24,000 nt of DNA from Caldicellulosiruptor saccharolyticus DSM 8903 (GTDB lineage: Bacteria; Bacillota; Thermoanaerobacteria; Caldicellulosiruptorales; Caldicellulosiruptoraceae): contig NC_009437.1 of assembly GCF_000016545.1 (NCBI RefSeq), positions 1,727,394-1,751,393 of the forward strand. The letters are read 5' to 3'. This document shows positions 18,356-24,000 of this stretch, one piece after another. The stretch's first letter is position 1. Each line of letters opens with the position of its first letter. The translations under genes were made by a program, and so were the position numbers. The notes beneath the pieces are model-generated. The model was not told where the DNA came from. It made no database searches and saw nothing but the letters and a program-made list of their open reading frames with translations.

Positions 18356-18385
18356 ATAATATCATTTAACCTGCAAGGATGTCAA
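18356..18385 (-). promoter_or_regulatory. sigma-A promoter of the L-box/asd operon
   Basis: On the minus strand: TTGACA (18385-18380), 18-nt spacer, extended -10 TGATATTAT (18364-18356). Confidence 0.6.
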
Positions 18386-18450
18386 ATTTTTTTGTTTGCT
18401 GAACTTGAGATATAATTGCAACCATCTGTGGCTTTTTCATTTTGAAATTG

Positions 18451-18459
18451 TGATATAAT
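18451..18459 (+). promoter_or_regulatory. candidate extended -10 promoter element for the HEPN-MNT-ispF unit
   Basis: TGATATAAT at 18451-18459, 37 nt upstream of the HEPN start. No good -35 was found. Confidence 0.4.
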
Positions 18460-18495
18460 TAATCCAAGGCAAAAACTTTTTGAGGAGAATTTATT

Positions 18496-18894
18496 ATGAA
18501 TAAAGAAAGAGTAAGAGAAAGGTTGGCTGACTATCAAAAAGCTCTTTTTCGGTTAAAAGAAGCATTGGAAGAAGACACTTCAAACCCGCTATTGTATGAT
18601 GCAGTGATTCAAAGGTTTGAATTTACCTATGAACTTGCTTGGAAGCTTTTAAAAGCATATCTTGAATTAGAAGGAATTTCAGATGTAAACACACCGCGGA
18701 AAGTTTTTAAAGAAGCTTTTTCAGCAGGACTCATTGGTGATGGAGATGTCTGGATTTCTATGATTGAAGACAGGAATTTAACTGTTCACACATATGATGA
18801 AAAAATAGCTCAGCAGATATATTTAAGAGTGAAAGAAAAATATTTTTCTAAGTTTTACGACCTTGAGAGAAAGATGAAAGAGGTGATAGAGTGA
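18496..18894 (+). CDS. HEPN-domain protein, HI0074 family (nucleotidyltransferase substrate-binding protein; HepT-like toxin)
   Basis: 132 aa. N-terminal helix YQKALFRLKEALEE, RFEFTYELAWKLLKAYL, and the R-x4-H-x-Y motif RNLTVHTY (18772-18795). GAGGAG RBS 8 nt upstream. Confidence 0.88.
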   Translation: MNKERVRERLADYQKALFRLKEALEEDTSNPLLYDAVIQRFEFTYELAWKLLKAYLELEGISDVNTPRKVFKEAFSAGLIGDGDVWISMIEDRNLTVHTYDEKIAQQIYLRVKEKYFSKFYDLERKMKEVIE

Positions 18895-19190
18895 GATTTG
18901 GAATTCCTGAAGATGTTTTAGATAAAATTGTGGTGGAGTTAAAGAAAAGAAAAAATATTAAAAGAGCATTGTTATTTGGCTCACGAGTAAAAGAAGATTA
19001 TAAATACAATTCAGATATTGATATAGCCATATTAACAGAAGGAGAAATAGAACCGGGCCTTATGTCAGACTTAGACGAAGCAGCAGGGATTTACAAGATA
19101 GATATAATCGATTTTAATAAATTGAGTTGCCAGGCACTTAAGGAGAAAATACTAAAAGAGGGTGTAGTAATTTATGAGAGGGGAGATTAA
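18891..19190 (+). CDS. minimal nucleotidyltransferase (MNT, HI0073 family; MntA-like antitoxin)
   Basis: 99 aa. Pol-beta-type motif LFGSRVKEDYKYNSDIDIAIL (GS...DxD). The GTG start overlaps the HEPN stop (GTGA). Confidence 0.88.
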   Translation: MRFGIPEDVLDKIVVELKKRKNIKRALLFGSRVKEDYKYNSDIDIAILTEGEIEPGLMSDLDEAAGIYKIDIIDFNKLSCQALKEKILKEGVVIYERGD

Positions 19191-19196
19191 AGAGCA

Positions 19197-19670
19197 ATGT
19201 TCAAAGTAGGTTTTGGTTTTGATGTGCACCGCTTTTCAGAAGACAGAAAACTAATCTTAGGTGGTGTTGAGATTCCATTTGAAAAAGGGCTTTTAGGTCA
19301 TTCTGACGCAGATGTTTTAATTCACGCAATAATTGATGCCATCCTTGGTGCTATGGGTGAAAATGATATTGGAAGACTTTTCCCCGATACTGATATGAAA
19401 TACAAGGATATCTCAAGTATAGTCCTTTTAAAGGAAGTTTCGAAACTTTTGAAAAATAAAGGCATGAGTATAATTAACATAGATACAACAATAGTTGCAC
19501 AAAAACCAAAGATTTCTCCATATACAGACGAGATGAAAACAAACATTGCGAAGGCTTTAAATATTGAAAAAACTCAAGTAAACATAAAAGGGAAAACAAC
19601 AGAAGGTTTGGGATTTGAAGGAAGAGAGGAAGGAGTTTCAGCTTACGCTATTGTTCTATTACACGAATAA
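19197..19670 (+). CDS. ispF: 2-C-methyl-D-erythritol 2,4-cyclodiphosphate synthase
   Basis: 157 aa with [28 protein letters not shown] and FPDTD, the canonical IspF motifs. The start is only 6 nt after the MNT stop. Confidence 0.96.
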
Positions 19671-19674
19671 ATGT

Positions 19675-19703
19675 TTGATAAATTTTATTTATAATGGTAT
19701 AAT
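19675..19703 (+). promoter_or_regulatory. sigma-A promoter of the NurA-HerA-Mre11 operon
   Basis: TTGATA (19675-19680), 17-nt spacer, extended -10 TGGTATAAT (19695-19703). Confidence 0.6.
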
Positions 19704-19754
19704 CTTAAGTGATTGATAGTGACCGATTACATTAAATATAGTGGATGTGAGAAA

Positions 19755-20927
19755 ATGTTAGATTTACACAATTTAGCTCAACAAATAAGTGAAAAGAGAA
19801 ATATGATGTTGCAAAAAGAAAAAGAGATAGAAGAAAATATTCAAGAGGTTTTTAATTTTTTAAGCTTTTTAGATAAGCAAAAAGTTGAAAAGGTTCTTTC
19901 TAAAATTCCAAGGAAAGATGAGAAAAACGAAATCTTATTTTGCCTTCCATATTATAGCAACTTCAATGAATTTATGAAGGGTTTTCCCTGTGAGGTTCAG
20001 ACAAGTTATGAAGTATTTGCAGTTGATGGTAGCAATACTGAGATTGACAGGCATATCTCACAGCCTTACTACCTTTTGAACATTGCCTGTGTAGAAATTA
20101 CTTATGACAATGAAAACAGCAATTTTAATTACCAAACATATCCTTACATTTACCTTGATGAAGAGCTTTATTCAAAAAAAGAAGCTCAGGCAATCAAAAG
20201 CTCATCTGAAATATCAAGAGAAAGACAAACAAAAGAGTACATGGCTATCTTAGAGTATGTTGAAAACTCTTTACCAAAAAGTGAGATAAGACTTGTTCTT
20301 TATGATGGAAATCTCATTGATTGGACACAAGACAGGCAGGGTTTACGCTTTGGCAGAAGAGCAAATCTTGAGCTTGAAAGGATTTTTAATGTGGCAAAAC
20401 AAAAAAACGTAGCAGTTTGTGGTTTTATTTCAATGCCAAAGAACTCTATTATCTCTAATCTTTATAGGATATATAACTGTGAAAAGATGCGGATTGACTG
20501 TAAAGAATGCAGCAGAGAAGAAAAGAGAAATTGTGAAAAGATAGAGAGAATAAAAGATGTATTTTTGTTTTCGGACCTAAAAAGTGGACAGCACTCTAAT
20601 GTATTTTACACCTTAGGAAGAGCATTTGACGAGTTTGAAGACACAGATATTACCTTTGTTTATCTTGCAACTGGCTACGAGATTGCACGAATAGAAATTC
20701 CTGTTTATGTTGCAAAAGATGAAAAGTGGCTTAAGAAATGTATCGGTGCAATATATCACCAGTGCCAGGTTGGATTTGGTTATCCTATATCGCTCACACA
20801 TGCTCATGAGTTTTCTACTATCTCACATCAGGACAAAGCAGCCATAGAAAATATCCTTTTGGGGGTTGGAGATGATATTTTGCCATATTCTGCAAAGAAG
20901 AATAATAAGGTCAAGAGGATAGTATAA
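19755..20927 (+). CDS. nurA: NurA-like 5'-3' nuclease
   Basis: NurA-type motifs in order: FAVDGSNTEIDRH (catalytic DGS), VLYDGNLIDW, GFISMPK, and C-terminal GYPISLTHAHEFSTIS. ATG 19755 is preferred because TTG 19713 falls at the predicted transcription start. The N-terminus is uncertain (ATG 19803 is also possible). Confidence 0.75.
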   Translation: MLDLHNLAQQISEKRNMMLQKEKEIEENIQEVFNFLSFLDKQKVEKVLSKIPRKDEKNEILFCLPYYSNFNEFMKGFPCEVQTSYEVFAVDGSNTEIDRHISQPYYLLNIACVEITYDNENSNFNYQTYPYIYLDEELYSKKEAQAIKSSSEISRERQTKEYMAILEYVENSLPKSEIRLVLYDGNLIDWTQDRQGLRFGRRANLELERIFNVAKQKNVAVCGFISMPKNSIISNLYRIYNCEKMRIDCKECSREEKRNCEKIERIKDVFLFSDLKSGQHSNVFYTLGRAFDEFEDTDITFVYLATGYEIARIEIPVYVAKDEKWLKKCIGAIYHQCQVGFGYPISLTHAHEFSTISHQDKAAIENILLGVGDDILPYSAKKNNKVKRIV

Positions 20928-20943
20928 AAAAGGAGTTGTGCTG

Positions 20944-21531
20944 GTGATGGCAGTTGGTGAGATAATTGACATTTCTTTTACTCAAATTACATGTGAAGCA
21001 AAAGACCTTGACAATATCCCTACAGCCGGTCAGTTTATAAGATTTGAGCTTGATAACTACAAAGTCTTGGGGTGCGTTACAAGGTATGACGTAGGAAGTA
21101 TATCACAAGAAGGATATCCGCGGGCCCTGTGGAAAACCCCAGAGGAGCTGAAAAGGTTTTATCCACAGCTTGAGCAGATTTTAAAAGGTTATTTTAAGTG
21201 TATAATCCTTGGCTTTATATCAAATGGTAAGTTCATAAACTGCCTTCCGGACAGAAGTATAAGGCTTCACACAATGGTTGAGTTGGCAGACAAAAACGAT
21301 ATCCTTTTGGCAACACAAAGCAGTTTGTTTCTAAACTCTGTTATAAAAGCAAAGGATGTTGACGTTGTTGAGGTAATTCCGTGGATACTCTACTTTGCCT
21401 ATAGTGCAAGAGAAAAGGATTATGAATACATAGAACATATGGGGAAAGAGCTCAACGCATATCTTAAATATGACTTAAATCTTCTTACACCTATTATTGA
21501 AAGACTGGAAAATTTGATTTCTCACTTATAA
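20944..21531 (+). CDS. uncharacterised protein, N-terminal HAS-barrel-like domain without ATPase motifs
   Basis: VGEIIDISFTQITCEAKDLDNIPTAGQFIRFELDNYKVLGCVTRYDVGS has the same pattern as the N-terminus of the downstream HerA (IGKVIGGSFLEGLAIKVED...IGSILV) and of archaeal HerA HAS barrels. No Walker A or B motif is present, and the C-terminal half looks helical. AAGGAG at 20930-20935; the start is GTG 20944 or ATG 20947. Confidence 0.45.
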   Translation: MMAVGEIIDISFTQITCEAKDLDNIPTAGQFIRFELDNYKVLGCVTRYDVGSISQEGYPRALWKTPEELKRFYPQLEQILKGYFKCIILGFISNGKFINCLPDRSIRLHTMVELADKNDILLATQSSLFLNSVIKAKDVDVVEVIPWILYFAYSAREKDYEYIEHMGKELNAYLKYDLNLLTPIIERLENLISHL

Positions 21532-21550
21532 AAAAAAGGGTGAGTAAAAG

Positions 21551-23218
21551 ATGCCGGAAAAATTTTATACTGGTCAAAGGATTGGCAAGGTCATAGGCGG
21601 CTCATTTTTAGAAGGGCTTGCAATAAAGGTTGAAGATGATTCTATCATTGAAGATACAAGAATAGGTAGCATCTTAGTTAGCCAAACAGAGAAGAAAAAA
21701 TACTATTGCATGCTCACTGATATGGTCATAGAAGGCATGAACAAGCAATCTTTAACTGAGCTTCCAAGAGGCGCTGAGTTTTCTCTTTTAAATAGAATCA
21801 CAAAAGGAACTTCAATTTACACAATATTTAAGGCCCAGCCTGTTCTTGCATTTGATCTGCAAGAGGGGAAAAACCAGCCAATAAGAAACATTCCTCTTCA
21901 TGCTTCAAGTGTCAGAAGGGCAACATATGATGATATCCAAGATGTATTTGGAAGTTTTGAAAAAGACCCCAAACGTTTTTTCCCAATCGGAAGCGTTCTT
22001 GACATGGATGAAAGTACCCAGGTGTGCATTGACATAGACAGGTTCATTGAAAGAAGCAGTGGTATTTACGGTCGAACAGGTACAGGGAAGTCATTTATTG
22101 CAAGACTTATAATGGCAGGGATTATTCTTTCTGACAAAGCCTCTTTGCTGATATTTGATGCGCATTCAGACCACGGTCCAGATAGCATTGATGAGGAAAA
22201 CTATCATGTAAAAGGTTTAAAAAGTCTTTTTGGAAACAAAGTTCAGATAATGACAATTGAAAGCAGTTCAGTAAACAGAGCAGGAGTGCTTCCAATTGAG
22301 ATTGATGTGAGAGATGTTGAGGTTGAGGACATCTTGTCAATCTCTGAAGAGCTAAACTTAAATGAAACAGCTGAACAAGTGATGATTGCTCTCAAAAACA
22401 AGTTAGAGGCACAAGGAAGACATTGGCTTCATGAAGTCTTGGTAAATAGTGAGGAACTTGCTGAGGAGTTTAAAGATAGTGAGGCTATTGTCAACAGAAG
22501 TTCACTTTTAGCGCTTATAAGAAAACTTTCTGTGTTAAAAGAGCTTCCTTATCTTAAGTACGACAGAAGTCCTGGAACAAATTCTATTGATATAATCTTG
22601 GATTATCTTCAAAGAGGGATTAGTGTTGACATAACCTTTGGCAAAGGAGACAAACTCCTACACTACTTATTTGTCACAAACGTGTTATCAAGACGAATTT
22701 ACAATAAATACATGGAGATGTATGAAAAACACATATCAAACAGAAAAAAATACCCAGCACCAAGACCGCTCGTGATTGCAATAGAGGAAGCCCACAGATT
22801 TTTATCACCGGATGTTGCAAAACAGACAATATTTGGCACAATAGCAAGAGAGATGAGAAAAGCAAAGGTAAGCCTTATGTGCATAGACCAGCGTCCTTCA
22901 CAAATAGACAGTGAGATTGCTTCACAAATAGGCACAAGGGTGATTTTAGCACTTTCTGATGAAGCGGACATTGCAAGTGCACTTGCTGGCATGAAAAATA
23001 GTAAACAACTGAGAGCTATTATTGAGTCTCTTGATTCAAAGCAGCAAGCGCTTGTTATTGGCCATGCTGTTCCAATGCCAATTGCAATAAAAACAAGAGG
23101 GTATGACCAGAGCTTTTACGATTTTGTTTCGATTTACGGTCCAAAGACTGATGTTGAAGACAATTACCGGAAGGTACTTGAAGCCTCAGAAGAGTTTCTG
23201 AAAGATATGGAGTATTAG
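21551..23218 (+). CDS. herA: HerA-type ATPase/helicase (FtsK-HerA superfamily)
   Basis: 555 aa. N-terminal barrel, Walker A GRTGTGKSF, Walker B/EEAH LVIAIEEAHRFL, and CIDQRPSQIDSEIASQIGTRVILALSD (Arg finger/sensor). Confidence 0.85.
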   Translation: MPEKFYTGQRIGKVIGGSFLEGLAIKVEDDSIIEDTRIGSILVSQTEKKKYYCMLTDMVIEGMNKQSLTELPRGAEFSLLNRITKGTSIYTIFKAQPVLAFDLQEGKNQPIRNIPLHASSVRRATYDDIQDVFGSFEKDPKRFFPIGSVLDMDESTQVCIDIDRFIERSSGIYGRTGTGKSFIARLIMAGIILSDKASLLIFDAHSDHGPDSIDEENYHVKGLKSLFGNKVQIMTIESSSVNRAGVLPIEIDVRDVEVEDILSISEELNLNETAEQVMIALKNKLEAQGRHWLHEVLVNSEELAEEFKDSEAIVNRSSLLALIRKLSVLKELPYLKYDRSPGTNSIDIILDYLQRGISVDITFGKGDKLLHYLFVTNVLSRRIYNKYMEMYEKHISNRKKYPAPRPLVIAIEEAHRFLSPDVAKQTIFGTIAREMRKAKVSLMCIDQRPSQIDSEIASQIGTRVILALSDEADIASALAGMKNSKQLRAIIESLDSKQQALVIGHAVPMPIAIKTRGYDQSFYDFVSIYGPKTDVEDNYRKVLEASEEFLKDMEY

Positions 23219-23248
23219 AAATTCTTTTTAATAAAGGGTGGAACATAA

Positions 23249-24000
23249 ATGTCAATACGAGGTGTTCACACAGCAGATCTTCATTTTGGTGTGACAACAT
23301 ACAGCAAAGAAACTCCAGATGGACTGGGATCGCGTGTTCATGATTTTTTCAGGACATTTGATAGAATATTAGAGTATATAAGACAAAACCATATAGACCT
23401 TTTGCTCATCACTGGTGATATATTTAAAGACAGAGAGCCAAACTCTACCTTGCGAAATATGTTCTACAAAAGGGTTGTTGAGATTGCAAAAGAAGGTATA
23501 TTAGTTGTAATAGTTCCTGGGAATCATGACATGCACCCATTTGAAGCAAAACATCATTCAGTCAAGGTTTTTGAAATATTTGAACAAGAAAATATTGTTG
23601 TAATGGATAAGCTTTTTGAAACGAAAGTGTTTGATATAAAAGGTGAAAGACTCAGAGTTATAGCTGTACCATATCTTTACCTTGAAAGGTTTATAGATAA
23701 AACAATTCCTGAGAAGATTGAGCAGATTGAGCAAAACATTGCAAATTTTTTTGAAGAAAGATTGGCAGAAATTTTAGACTCATGTGAAGATGATATACCG
23801 ACCATCTTGGCAGGCCATTTTACAGTCAATGAAGCTGAAGTTGGCAGTGAAAGAATGATTATGGTAGGAAAAGATGTAAAGGTGCCACTTTCTGTACTTT
23901 TACATCCAAAACTTAGGTTTGTTGCCCTTGGCCATATACACAAACCACAGATTTTAAATTCCAAAGACCCGGCAATTGTGTACTGTGGCTCGCCTGACAG
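23249..24000 (+). CDS. sbcD: Mre11/SbcD-family nuclease (3' end outside window)
   Basis: My own translation from ATG 23249 is open to the window end: MSIRGVHTADLHFG...LLLITGDIFKD...VVIVPGNHD...LAGHFTV...ALGHIHKPQ. This gives all five calcineurin-like phosphoesterase motifs in Mre11/SbcD order. RBS AAGGGTGG 8 nt upstream. It is absent from the ORF track because it has no stop in the window. Confidence 0.9.
   Translation, partial: MSIRGVHTADLHFGVTTYSKETPDGLGSRVHDFFRTFDRILEYIRQNHIDLLLITGDIFKDREPNSTLRNMFYKRVVEIAKEGILVVIVPGNHDMHPFEAKHHSVKVFEIFEQENIVVMDKLFETKVFDIKGERLRVIAVPYLYLERFIDKTIPEKIEQIEQNIANFFEERLAEILDSCEDDIPTILAGHFTVNEAEVGSERMIMVGKDVKVPLSVLLHPKLRFVALGHIHKPQILNSKDPAIVYCGSPD

Noticed and set aside
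18411-18416. Second TATAAT upstream of the HEPN gene
   Set aside because: It has no TG extension and no usable -35. The TGATATAAT at 18451-18459 is the better candidate, though neither is certain.
19713-19754. TTG 19713 as the NurA start
   Set aside because: It lies 10 nt after the -10 box, at the predicted transcription start, with no SD. A leaderless TTG start is unlikely.
22122-23964. Minus-strand ORFs (63 to 97 aa) antisense to herA and mre11
   Set aside because: These are shadow ORFs within genes that have complete catalytic motif sets.

Overview
AT-rich bacterial chromosomal segment. Its gene content and regulatory style fit a thermophilic Firmicute; it looks Caldicellulosiruptor-like, but that is inference and no search was run. 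From left to right the window contains:

- (i) The end of the rplU-prp-rpmA ribosomal cluster and obg.
- (ii) An intact IS element (rve/DDE transposase) inserted just after obg, flanked by a perfect 19-bp direct repeat. A small orphan Cys-rich ORF and a yhbY-like gene follow.
- (iii) A SAM-I (S-box) riboswitch in front of metY-metX, an MBL-fold hydrolase and an M19 dipeptidase, then aspC and purB.
- (iv) On the minus strand, reverse gyrase, then a lysine (L-box) riboswitch controlling asd-dapA-dapB and a stand-alone ACT-domain protein.
- (v) A HEPN/MNT (HI0074/HI0073-type, type VII-like) toxin-antitoxin pair placed directly upstream of ispF and apparently co-transcribed with it.
- (vi) A tightly packed plus-strand operon with its own strong promoter: NurA-like nuclease, a 195-aa protein that looks like a stand-alone HAS-barrel, a HerA-type FtsK/HerA ATPase, and Mre11/SbcD, which runs off the window end.

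The last cluster is an archaeal-style end-resection module in a bacterium with an extra uncharacterised subunit. It is the best candidate for something not yet described. No CRISPR array, tRNA or rRNA was seen. All calls come from reading the sequence and from motif knowledge; no database search was possible.
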